A stretch of 64,000 nt of DNA from the NCBI GenBank assembly GCA_965214405.1, contig OZ243956.1:2464001-2528000 (forward strand), in the 5' to 3' direction. Shown piece after piece: positions 10,122-21,565 of the stretch (positions are counted from its first letter, which is position 1; each line of letters opens with the position of its first letter). Under the pieces are notes generated by a model. It saw nothing but the letters and a program-made list of their open reading frames with translations, did not search any database and had not been told where the DNA came from. This DNA comes from Trueperaceae bacterium (lineage in GTDB: Bacteria; Deinococcota; Deinococci; Deinococcales; Trueperaceae). Made by a program: the position numbers and the translations under genes.

Positions 10122-10234
10122 CTGCAAAGACAATAGCGGAGTATCCTTTGAGACAAACCACCAGCCTACTTTTCTGTAAGTGTCAGCGTTAGTGCGTTTA
10201 TACTGGCTCGGGGCAAACGTCAAGGAGAAAAGCC

Positions 10235-10636
10235 ATGCTCAAAGAGTTCCGCGATTTCATCAACCGAGGCAACGTTTTGGACCTGGCCGTCGCCGTGATT
10301 ATCGGCGCGGCCTTTGGCGCGATTACCACGTCTTTGGTGGACGACGTGATTACCCCTATTATCGGCTTGATTTTGGGCGGGGTTGACTTTTCCGGGCTCT
10401 CGTTCGGTTTGGGCGACGCGCAAATCATGTACGGCAACTTCCTTCAGGCGGTGTTTGACTTTCTCATTATCTCGCTGGTCGTCTTTTTTATCGTGCGCGG
10501 CTACAACCGGATGCAGGAGCGCTTTACCCACCAGGAAGCCGAAAGAGACGCAGAAGAACCCACGCCCTCGCGCGAGGCGGTGCTGCTCGAGGAAATCCGC
10601 AACCTGCTGAGCGAGCAGCGCCAACGACCTGGCTGA
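10235..10636 (+). CDS. mscL: Large-conductance mechanosensitive channel
   Basis: MLKEFRDFINRGNVLDLAVAVIIGAAFG N-terminus and LLEEIRNLL C-terminus. Confidence 0.97.
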   Translation: MLKEFRDFINRGNVLDLAVAVIIGAAFGAITTSLVDDVITPIIGLILGGVDFSGLSFGLGDAQIMYGNFLQAVFDFLIISLVVFFIVRGYNRMQERFTHQEAERDAEEPTPSREAVLLEEIRNLLSEQRQRPG

Positions 10637-10793
10637 GACTTGATAGATTGTGCGAAATTGCAATTATAGCGGTTTCATACAACACAATTAATGCGTGGTA
10701 AGTGCTTTCTAGTGTACCTCGCCCTCCACTAGCAATGTAACGTCTGTTGAATTATCCGCAAGGTGAACGCCGAACGAACTTTATCCTTGTCTG

Positions 10794-12014
10794 ATGACAT
10801 ACCTACCTTACCTTCAAAAACATATTGCTAAAGCTGCCATTCTCGCGCTTTGCTTAACTATCACTTCCGCGCAAGCTCACCCCCTAGACCTCGTCAACGC
10901 TTCGGATGCAGACCGTTACCAGTCCGTCTGGTCACAGGCGAGCGTCAGCGACGTTCAAGCGTGGCTCAACAGTGATGTTGAGATAAATGCACGGGACATG
11001 GCTGGACAAACCGCTCTGATGTGGGCTGCTATATTCAACAATGATCCCAGAGTTGTCTCTGCGCTTCTTGATGCCGGAGCCGAGGTAGATGCTCGCCTCG
11101 CAAATGGGTGGACAGTTCTGATACTTGCTGCTCGAACCAACAGTAACCCCAACGTTACAAAAACGCTTCTCGAGGCTGGGGCTGACGTTAATGCCTATGG
11201 AGATGATGGGACGACGGCACTAATAAACGCTGCATCGAAAAACAGCAACCCCACCGTTGTCACTGCTCTTGCTGATGCTGGGGCTGACCTGAACGCCCGC
11301 CTCGTAACCGGGGCTACTCCTCTAATCATGGCTGCAATTAACAACGGCAATCCTGCGGTTACTGCTGCTCTTTTGGAGGCCGGAGCGGACATCAACGTTC
11401 AACTTCCGACAGGACAGACAGCTTTAATGAGCGCCGCTGGATTTGGCAACAACTCTGTAGTCACCACCTTTATCAACGCCGGAGCTGATGTGAGTATCCA
11501 TGATTCGCGGTTTGGGTGGACAGCATTGACGTATGCGGCTGCGTATAACGATGACCCTGACATCGTCAATAGTTTGATTGAAGCTGGAGCCGACGTAAAT
11601 GCACAAGATTCACTGGGGAAAACAGCGCTGAGGATTGCTGCCCAAACGAATGGTTTTGATGTTGTTAATGCCCTGCTAGCTGCTGGAGCCACGGTGGACA
11701 CGCAAGACGAAGTGGGGCATACGGCGTTAATGGCTGCTGTCTTGAACCCTGACCCTGATTCCGCTGTAATTAACGCCCTCATTAACGCTGGAGCCGACGT
11801 TAACATCCGAGCCGACCGTGATAAAACCGCCTTGATATACGCCGCTACGCTTGGCAATGTTGCTATCGTCACCGCGCTTTTAAAAGCTGGGGCCGATGTC
11901 AACGCTGAGGCGCTAGGCACAACAGCTTTAGAAGCAGCCGCGTGGGCGAAAAAATTTGATGTTGTTACGGTGCTTCTTGATGCGGGCGCTAACACTGGCT
12001 CAAAAGGCCCGTAG
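10794..12014 (+). CDS. Secreted ankyrin-repeat protein (~10 repeats)
   Basis: Signal-like N-terminus (AILALCLTITSAQA) and repeated GxTAL..AA...LL.AGADVN units. Confidence 0.92.
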   Translation: MTYLPYLQKHIAKAAILALCLTITSAQAHPLDLVNASDADRYQSVWSQASVSDVQAWLNSDVEINARDMAGQTALMWAAIFNNDPRVVSALLDAGAEVDARLANGWTVLILAARTNSNPNVTKTLLEAGADVNAYGDDGTTALINAASKNSNPTVVTALADAGADLNARLVTGATPLIMAAINNGNPAVTAALLEAGADINVQLPTGQTALMSAAGFGNNSVVTTFINAGADVSIHDSRFGWTALTYAAAYNDDPDIVNSLIEAGADVNAQDSLGKTALRIAAQTNGFDVVNALLAAGATVDTQDEVGHTALMAAVLNPDPDSAVINALINAGADVNIRADRDKTALIYAATLGNVAIVTALLKAGADVNAEALGTTALEAAAWAKKFDVVTVLLDAGANTGSKGP

Positions 12015-12145
12015 GATAAGAAGCTTTAGATTGCGCTAGAGAGAAAACTCGAGGGGCACAAACACCCACCAACGGCTGCTATATTCGACACGTTGATTGG
12101 GGGCAAGACGGGCTTAACCCCCAACCTCACAGGTGCCGGAAGAAC

Positions 12146-13492
12146 TCAGACCTCGAGCAGCATCCTCGCAGGCTTCTCTACGGCTTCTTTGATGCGCTTC
12201 AAAAACGTGACCGCCTCGCGCCCGTCCACGATGCGGTGGTCGTAGGTGAGGGCCACGTACATCATCGGGCGGATTTCAATCCCTCCGTCAATCACCACCG
12301 GGCGCTCCTGAATCGCGTGCATCCCCAAAACCCCCGACTGCGGCGGGTTGACGATGGGCGTGGACATCAGCGAACCGAACACGCCCCCGTTGGAGATGGT
12401 AAAGGTGCCGCCCTGCAACTCGTCGGGCATGATTTTATTCGTCTGCGCCCGCTTGCCGAAGTCGCGGATGGTCGCCTCGACGTCCGCAAAACTGAGGCGC
12501 TCGACGTTGCGCATGACTGGAGTGATGAGGCCCTTTTTGGTCGAGACCGCCACGGCGATGTCGTAATAGTTCTTGTAGATAATGTCGGTGCCGCGGATTT
12601 CGGCGTTGAGCTGCGGGATGCTTTTGAGCGCGTCCACGGTTGCTTTCACAAAAAACGACATGAAGCCCAGGCGGACGCCGTAACGCTCCTCGAACGCGCC
12701 CTTATACTCGTTGCGAAGCGCCATCGTCTCGGTCATGTCGATTTCATTAAAGGTGGTCAGCAGCGCGGCGTTCGCCTGCGCCTCAACCAGCCGCTCGGCA
12801 ATGCGGCGGCGAAGCGGGCTCATCGGCACCGCCTCTTCTTCGCGCTCGGCACCCCTAGGCGCGGGGGCCTCGCGCTTGGGCTCACCTTTGGGTGCCTCTT
12901 GCTTGGGCGTCTCTCTCTTGGGCGCTTCTTGTGCAGGAGCCTCCGCCGGTTTGGACTGAGCCTCGAGGTGCCGCTGCACGTCCTCTTTCAGCAAACGCCC
13001 GCCGGGACCCGTCGCTTTAACTTCATCCGGGGTCAAGCCGTTCTCGTCAAGCAACCGCTGCGCGGCGGGCATGATGCGCGGTTCGGTATGGGTCTGCGCT
13101 TCGCCTTCCGTCTCGACGCCCGCTTCGGCCTCTGCGTGCTCGTCGTCCACCGCGGTATGCGTTTCGGCGGCCTCGAGCTTCTCCTCTTGCTCCTCCTCTG
13201 CCGGAGCCTCTTCGGAAGCCTCTGCGGAAGTTTCCGCAGGCGTTTCCGCCTCACCCGCCGCGCTGATGTGCGCGATGACCTCGCCCACGTTGGCGGTGTC
13301 GCCCTCTTTTTTTAGCACCTTGGACAAGGTGCCCGCGGCGGAGGCGGGTACCTCCAACGTCGCCTTGTCGGTCTCGACCTCGACCAAGGGCTCGTCTTTT
13401 TCGACCGCGTCGCCCTCGGACTTGAGCCACTGGCCGATATAAACCTCGTTAATCGACTCGCCGACTTCGGGGACTTTGAGTTCAGTGGGCAT
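12146..13492 (-). CDS. sucB: 2-oxoglutarate dehydrogenase E2
   Basis: Lipoyl motif ETDKATLEV, E3-binding GPGGRLLKEDV and catalytic YDHRIVDG. Confidence 0.96.
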   Translation of the reverse strand: MPTELKVPEVGESINEVYIGQWLKSEGDAVEKDEPLVEVETDKATLEVPASAAGTLSKVLKKEGDTANVGEVIAHISAAGEAETPAETSAEASEEAPAEEEQEEKLEAAETHTAVDDEHAEAEAGVETEGEAQTHTEPRIMPAAQRLLDENGLTPDEVKATGPGGRLLKEDVQRHLEAQSKPAEAPAQEAPKRETPKQEAPKGEPKREAPAPRGAEREEEAVPMSPLRRRIAERLVEAQANAALLTTFNEIDMTETMALRNEYKGAFEERYGVRLGFMSFFVKATVDALKSIPQLNAEIRGTDIIYKNYYDIAVAVSTKKGLITPVMRNVERLSFADVEATIRDFGKRAQTNKIMPDELQGGTFTISNGGVFGSLMSTPIVNPPQSGVLGMHAIQERPVVIDGGIEIRPMMYVALTYDHRIVDGREAVTFLKRIKEAVEKPARMLLEV

Positions 13493-13508
13493 GGGGGCTC
13501 CTAGATGA

Positions 13509-13543
13509 AGAGGAAAGAGGTGAGGGGAAAGAGGAAAGGCGAG
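13509..13543. repeat. Intergenic heptamer tandem repeat (AGAGGAA-like x5)
   Basis: agaggaa agaggtg aggggaa agaggaa aggcgag between sucA and sucB. Confidence 0.6.
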
Positions 13544-13561
13544 CGACTGAGGACGTTACAT

Positions 13562-16384
<2,823 letters not shown>

Positions 16385-16638
16385 GAGTTTTCGACGCGGG
16401 CGCGTCTGAACATCCTTTCATACTGTCTTGCTCTCTCACTGATGAGGCCGGTGCGATACCAGCCGCGCTTTTTTCCATCTTAACAAGTGTCCGGCAAGAA
16501 GAGGTTACCCAGAAGCGCGGTTAAGAACACTCCTCCCCGTGAAGAATTTGACTAAAGGCGGCTACGGTCCAGCGGCACCCTCTCCCACCTCACAGTTTTC
16601 TTCCGCAGCGAACGAGTAGCCTTAGGCCACAGGAGGCC

Positions 16639-17226
16639 ATGATGGCAAAGGTTCAAAGACAGGTTTATCTCAGCTTCGACCCGGACGACATCGACGAGGT
16701 GGAGGCGTTTTTAGACGAATTCGACCATCTGGACGGTCACGCGCTGCGTCGGCCTTTGGAGGCGTTGGAGGAAGACATCGTCAAGGGTGCCAATAAGCAC
16801 GAAGTCATCCACAAGATGCGCGAACGCTACCTCAAAGATTCGGTGGTGACGCTCCTCCTTTTGGGTCCATGCACCTACACGCGCCAATCTGTCGATTTGG
16901 AGCTTCTGGCCTCCTTACACAACCCCGGCGACGCGATGGCGGACACGGGCGAGAGCCCCATGCCCAACGGTTTGTTAGCGGTGATGCTGCCGTCTTACAG
17001 CAGCCAAGGCTTCCCGGACCGCCTCAACGCCAACCTGCAAGTACCGAGGGAGACGCGCACCGAGCCCTACGCCAAGGTCATCGCTTATCCAGAAGATAAG
17101 GACGCGCTCGCCGAGGCCATAGAGGACGCCTACGCAGCGAGTGAGACCAAACGCGACCTGTTAAACAACACACCTCACATGTACAGCGAGGACCGGGCTT
17201 GTATTCCTAACGCGCCGGGTGAATGA
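16639..17226 (+). CDS. TIR-like domain protein (ThsB/MTH538/DUF1863-like)
   Basis: RQVYLSF, MRERYLKDSVVTLLLLGPCTYTRQSVDLEL and PNGLLAVMLP follow the ThsB-TIR pattern; RBS AGGAGG. Confidence 0.75.
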   Translation: MMAKVQRQVYLSFDPDDIDEVEAFLDEFDHLDGHALRRPLEALEEDIVKGANKHEVIHKMRERYLKDSVVTLLLLGPCTYTRQSVDLELLASLHNPGDAMADTGESPMPNGLLAVMLPSYSSQGFPDRLNANLQVPRETRTEPYAKVIAYPEDKDALAEAIEDAYAASETKRDLLNNTPHMYSEDRACIPNAPGE

Positions 17227-17330
17227 GTTGTTACGGAGTAGGAGGGGGCTCGGACCTTTTATAACACCATAGGGACCCAAGAAATAGCGTTACGTTTTCC
17301 CAGAGCTTGCGCTAGAATAGCCCAATCACT

Positions 17331-17615
17331 ATGGATATCCGCTTCTATATTGACCCCGAAACCGGGTTGCCTCACATTTACAGGCATGACGTTCATGAGG
17401 AAGAGGTCGAGGATGTTCTCTATAGCGCTGGTGAAGACAGGCAAGGACATAACGACGCAAGGGTAGCCATAGGTCAGACATCTGCGGGTCGCTATCTGCG
17501 TGTTATCTATGTACCGGACCCCAAACCTAATAGTGTTTTTGTCATCACCGCATACCAAATCGAAGGTAAAACGCTGGCCGCTTACAAACGCCGCCGCAAG
17601 AAAGGAGGTAACTAA
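17331..17615 (+). CDS. DUF4258/BrnT-like putative toxin
   Basis: HDVHEEEVEDVL...GQTSAGRYLRVIY...VITAY pattern with a basic C-terminus; TAATG-coupled to a small partner. Confidence 0.75.
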   Translation: MDIRFYIDPETGLPHIYRHDVHEEEVEDVLYSAGEDRQGHNDARVAIGQTSAGRYLRVIYVPDPKPNSVFVITAYQIEGKTLAAYKRRRKKGGN

Positions 17616-17812
17616 TGAAAAATGAACTTCCCGCGGGTTGGGACGAAGACAAAATAGAGCAGGTCATCGACCACTACGAAACGCAGAGCGAAGACGAAGC
17701 TGTAGCTGAGGATGAAACGATACTTGCTCCCAAAGAAACACTTATGCAAGTTCCTATCGAACTTGTGGGGGCTGTCCGGGCTTTGATTGCTAAGGAGCAG
17801 GCGAAGCACTAA
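17615..17812 (+). CDS. Putative antitoxin partner
   Basis: 65-aa acidic protein translationally coupled to the BrnT-like gene. Confidence 0.65.
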   Translation: MKNELPAGWDEDKIEQVIDHYETQSEDEAVAEDETILAPKETLMQVPIELVGAVRALIAKEQAKH

Positions 17813-17858
17813 GTCGAGAAAGGAGGGGTTTGAGCAGTACAACTGCGTTTAAGCCGCC

Positions 17859-18323
17859 ATGCCAGAACCTCTCATCCAATGCGCGTCCGTACTCATCACG
17901 AATAGTGAAAACCGCATCTTGTTCGTGCGGCAAAGCTACGGGATGAAGTTTTGTGGTTTTCCAGGCGGCACCGTTGACTTAGGCGAAACGCCTCCGGCGG
18001 CAGGCATCCGTGAAGTTTTAGAAGAAGTCGGGGTCGAGGTAGCCCTCGAGTATCAGCTAGGCGCTTACCTGCTCGTGGGCGGAGGCTGGCCCGATGTGTT
18101 CGCCTCTGTTTATAGAGGACGCATCATCAAAGGTGAACCGAAGGCCGATTTGGCAGAAATCTCAGACATCATGTGGCGTGGCTTGGATGATTTGCCTTCA
18201 CCCTTGTTACCTGACGCGGAAGCTGCCCTCGAGGATTTCGCAAAGGGTGAGCGGGGTGTGGTGCGTACATACAAGCGAACGGTGGCGATGCTCGAGTGGG
18301 GTAGCGACTGGCGGAGCGGCTAA
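17859..18323 (+). CDS. NUDIX hydrolase
   Basis: Nudix box PGGTVDLGETPPAAGIREVLEEVG. Confidence 0.92.
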   Translation: MPEPLIQCASVLITNSENRILFVRQSYGMKFCGFPGGTVDLGETPPAAGIREVLEEVGVEVALEYQLGAYLLVGGGWPDVFASVYRGRIIKGEPKADLAEISDIMWRGLDDLPSPLLPDAEAALEDFAKGERGVVRTYKRTVAMLEWGSDWRSG

Positions 18324-18380
18324 CCAGGAGCCGCTGGGATAGTATAATGGTAGTTAAACACGGGGCTAAGGAGGCTGAAG

Positions 18381-18860
18381 GTGCGAAGGGTTCTCGAGGC
18401 GAGCGCCGTTATCATCCTCGCCGCGCATCTACTTTACTTATGGACGTCATTCAACGCGCTACCCGCGACGGTCCCCACCCATTTCAATGCAGCAGGTGAG
18501 GCCGACGCCTTTGGCTCTAAAAACAGCATCTGGGAGTTGTGGTTTGTAAGCCTGGGTTTGTACGCGTTACTAACAGCCACCGTTTTCATCCCGCTAAAGT
18601 CGCGTTTATGGAACTTGCCCAGTGCGGTTAAAGAAGACGCAAGCGGAGAAAAGGCGCGCGCGGTTTGGGAGATGATAGCCGCTCTGAAAGTCTTGACCGT
18701 GCTGATTTTTCTCGCGCTGTCTTGGCAAGTGGTCAGGTCGGCGCAGGGTTTGGCCTCGGACTGGTTTGTGCCGCTTTTGTTGGTCGTGGGCGCCGTGGCT
18801 CCGCTCGTCATTCTTGGTGTTTACTTTGCCAGGATGACGCCCTCGGCAGTTTCGCAATGA
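18381..18860 (+). CDS. DUF1648 (SdpI-like) membrane protein
   Basis: LPATVPTHFNAAGEADAFGSK motif; four TM segments. Confidence 0.85.
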   Translation: MRRVLEASAVIILAAHLLYLWTSFNALPATVPTHFNAAGEADAFGSKNSIWELWFVSLGLYALLTATVFIPLKSRLWNLPSAVKEDASGEKARAVWEMIAALKVLTVLIFLALSWQVVRSAQGLASDWFVPLLLVVGAVAPLVILGVYFARMTPSAVSQ

Positions 18861-19021
18861 TGGACGGCTCGAGCTTGACCAGATGCTGCAAGGACGCTGA
18901 ATCGTGCAGTTCAACATGCAGATAAGCGCGAACGTATTCCAAAATCGTACGTTCGACTTCTTCAGCACTTCCGACCTGGGCTCGCTAAACGCTTTCCCTT
19001 CATTTCGGCTAGAATGTAAGC

Positions 19022-19210
19022 ATGAAACAGAGATACGTCTATTGGCAAGATGAGGATATGTGGCTAGGCTACCTTGAAGACTATCCCGACTACTGGACGC
19101 AAGGCGAGAGCGAAAGGGAGTTGCGAGACAACCTCCTTGACATTTATAAAGACGTAAGCGAAGGCAACATCCCCAACGTTCGCCGCGTGGCCGAACTCGA
19201 CGTTGCGTGA
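19022..19210 (+). CDS. hicB: HicB-family antitoxin (short form)
   Basis: WLGYLEDYPDYWTQGESERELRDNL pattern. Confidence 0.85.
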   Translation: MKQRYVYWQDEDMWLGYLEDYPDYWTQGESERELRDNLLDIYKDVSEGNIPNVRRVAELDVA

Positions 19211-19386
19211 AGCAGCGCGACCTCGTTAAAAAACTCGAGGAGATGGGTTGCAACTTCATTCGTCATGGCGGCAGTCACGACTGGTATCAAAACCCGCGCA
19301 CGAAAGCGTCACAGCCTGTGCCTAGACACCGAGAAATCAAAGACCGGCTTGCCAAACACATCATCAAAATGCTCAGCGATGATTGA
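19207..19386 (+). CDS. hicA: HicA-family toxin (59 aa, absent from the ORF track)
   Basis: Manual translation MKQRDLVKKLEEMGCNFIRHGGSHDWYQNPRTKASQPVPRHREIKDRLAKHIIKMLSDD; GTGA overlap with hicB. Confidence 0.88.
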   Translation: MKQRDLVKKLEEMGCNFIRHGGSHDWYQNPRTKASQPVPRHREIKDRLAKHIIKMLSDD

Positions 19387-19448
19387 CGCCTCGAGCAGCC
19401 TTTCCAGTCATCAAGGCTGACACTCACAAGACCTACGTATACTAAGCC

Positions 19449-19922
19449 ATGAATCAGGACTTACGCACCTTTTACAGCCTCACGCAGCGCACAAGAGCGA
19501 AAGTGCTCGACTGGCTCGAGGCCTTGCCACCCGACGTTTTTACACAGCAAAACGACGGCTTCGCTTACGGCAGTTTGAGCGCCATTCAAGCGCATGTGGC
19601 AGAAACGTATTTGTGGTGGGTCGGTACGGTGGGGCTCGGTGCTAAAGAGCCCGTGGTCAAAGTGAGTGATGTTCAAGCTCTGCGTGAGGCGTTCGCTGAG
19701 GTGGACGCTACTGTTTTGGAGGCACTGGACACCTTTACCGATATAGATGCTCCATTTGTCTGGACATCCTCTTCCGGTGAGGACATTGCGTTGTCTAAGC
19801 GCTGGTTAATCCTTCATCCGATAACCCACGAGTTCCATCACAAGGGGCAGGCTTTGGCGTTAGCGCGCGCGATGGGACATCCGCATCCCGGTCGTCCCGA
19901 TACAGATTTGGCCGACCCGTGA
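19449..19922 (+). CDS. DinB-family protein
   Basis: AHVAETYLWW and HPITHEFHHKGQ metal-binding motifs. Confidence 0.88.
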   Translation: MNQDLRTFYSLTQRTRAKVLDWLEALPPDVFTQQNDGFAYGSLSAIQAHVAETYLWWVGTVGLGAKEPVVKVSDVQALREAFAEVDATVLEALDTFTDIDAPFVWTSSSGEDIALSKRWLILHPITHEFHHKGQALALARAMGHPHPGRPDTDLADP

Positions 19923-19992
19923 ATTGTGGCGTGACAGGTTGATGGTCTCGAGCCTACACCGTTAAGTTGCAGCCAACTTCCGTTTGGAGTTT

Positions 19993-20448
19993 ATGGTCGA
20001 ATGTTTAAGCTGTAAAATTGTGCAAGGTCAGCAAGATACTGTCGGAGGTATTATTGCCGAAACCACCTTTTTTCATGCTCATCAAGATTTCGCCTACCCT
20101 GTACCAGGGCTTGTCATCGTCGCGTCTAAAAGGCATGTCAAGTGCTTAGACGAACTCACCGAAGAAGAAGCCGAGGATTTCATCCATTTTACTGTGCGAA
20201 TACGAAAAGCTCAGCGAGACGTTCTTGACGCCGAGCATGTGTACTACTTTTACAACGAAGACACGCGCCATCACTTTCACCTGTGGATGGTCCCGCGTTA
20301 TGAATGGATGGGGCAGTTTGGGCGTTCGGTTCACTCGCTTCGTCCTGCTCTGGTTCACGCCAGAGATACCATGAACTCACCAGAAGAGCTAGCTCAGCTT
20401 GCAGATGTTGCCAAAGCTCTTAATAGGTTGCTCGAGCAACCTGACTAA
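19993..20448 (+). CDS. HIT-family protein
   Basis: CLSC N-terminus, PGLVIVASKRHV and HFHLWMVPRY (HxHxW variant). Confidence 0.85.
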   Translation: MVECLSCKIVQGQQDTVGGIIAETTFFHAHQDFAYPVPGLVIVASKRHVKCLDELTEEEAEDFIHFTVRIRKAQRDVLDAEHVYYFYNEDTRHHFHLWMVPRYEWMGQFGRSVHSLRPALVHARDTMNSPEELAQLADVAKALNRLLEQPD

Positions 20449-20497
20449 GTGCGCAAGAATGCTAAGTCGTTTTGCTAAACTTTAGAAAGGATCGGAA

Positions 20498-21511
20498 ATC
20501 TCCCAAAAAGCCGTCTACATCGCATACACGGGCGGCACCATCGGCATGAAAAAGGTCGGCGGGGTCTACCGGCCTGCGCCTGGCTACTTGGGTGAGCGTT
20601 TGGCGGAAATGCCCGAACTGCAACGCCCCGAGATGCCGCATTTTACGCTCCACGAGTACCCTACGCTGCTCGATTCGGCCAATATGACGCCCGCAGATTG
20701 GGAACGCATCGGGCGAGACATCTTGGCGCACCACGCCGACTACGACGGCTTCGTCATCCTCCACGGCACCGACACGATGGCCTACACCGCCTCGGCTTTG
20801 TCGTTCATGCTCCAGGACCTCGCCAAACCCGTGCTTCTGACGGGCTCGCAAATCCCTTTGGCCGAAGTGCGGAGCGACGCGCGGGAAAACTTCATCACCT
20901 CTTTATTGATTGCGGCGCATTACTCTATTCCTGAGGTCTGTTTGTACTCGAGCGGCTTACTTCTCCGCGGCAACCGCTCGCGCAAGGTGTCCTCCTCCGG
21001 CTTCGACGCCTTTGATTCGCCCAACTTTCCGCCCCTGGGCCGGGTGGGGGTGGACATCCAGGTAGACGCGTCCCTCGTGCGCCCGCCTCCAACCGCACCG
21101 CTCACGCTGCAAAGGCTCCAAGAGGTGATGATCGGCACGCTGCGGATTTTTCCGGGCATCACGGCGGCGCTGGTCAAGAACTTTTTGCAGGTGCCGGTGC
21201 AGGGCTTTGTGCTCGAGACCTACGGCGCGGGCAACGCTCCGGCGGAAGCGGCGCTGCTGGACGTGCTTGCGGAGGCCACCGCGCGGGGCGTGGTCATCGT
21301 CAACTGTACACAGTGCCTGCGCGGGCGCGTTGACATGGGCGGTTACGCCACCGGCGACGCGCTGCTGAGCGCGGGCGTCACGAGTGGGGCCGACATGACG
21401 CCCGAGGCCGCGCTGAGCAAGCTGCTTTATCTTTTTAGCAGGGGGCTCTCCCCCGCCGAGATTCGCGTCAAGGTGCAGGAGGATTTGCGGGGAGAGCTTA
21501 CGCCTGGGTAG
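20498..21511 (+). CDS. ansA: Type I L-asparaginase; apparent ATC start
   Basis: In-frame AYTGGTIGM upstream of the ORF-track ATG, plus HGTDTMAYTAS, TGSQIP and ETYGAGN motifs. Confidence 0.9.
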   Translation: MSQKAVYIAYTGGTIGMKKVGGVYRPAPGYLGERLAEMPELQRPEMPHFTLHEYPTLLDSANMTPADWERIGRDILAHHADYDGFVILHGTDTMAYTASALSFMLQDLAKPVLLTGSQIPLAEVRSDARENFITSLLIAAHYSIPEVCLYSSGLLLRGNRSRKVSSSGFDAFDSPNFPPLGRVGVDIQVDASLVRPPPTAPLTLQRLQEVMIGTLRIFPGITAALVKNFLQVPVQGFVLETYGAGNAPAEAALLDVLAEATARGVVIVNCTQCLRGRVDMGGYATGDALLSAGVTSGADMTPEAALSKLLYLFSRGLSPAEIRVKVQEDLRGELTPG

Positions 21512-21565
21512 ACGTGAAAAGACAGGTGTGAGAGCGCTCGAGCCTCAACTAAACACGACGCGCCG

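Noticed and set aside
12236..13315. Long antisense ORFs (also 23567-24739, 41300-42079, 49063-49803, 51574-52341)
   Set aside because: Shadow frames of well-supported genes in GC-rich DNA.
16639..20448. Complete Thoeris system
   Set aside because: No ThsA-type effector is adjacent; HIT and NUDIX are separated by unrelated genes.
17230..20460. Integron cassette array
   Set aside because: No integrase and no recognisable recurring attC structure between the genes.
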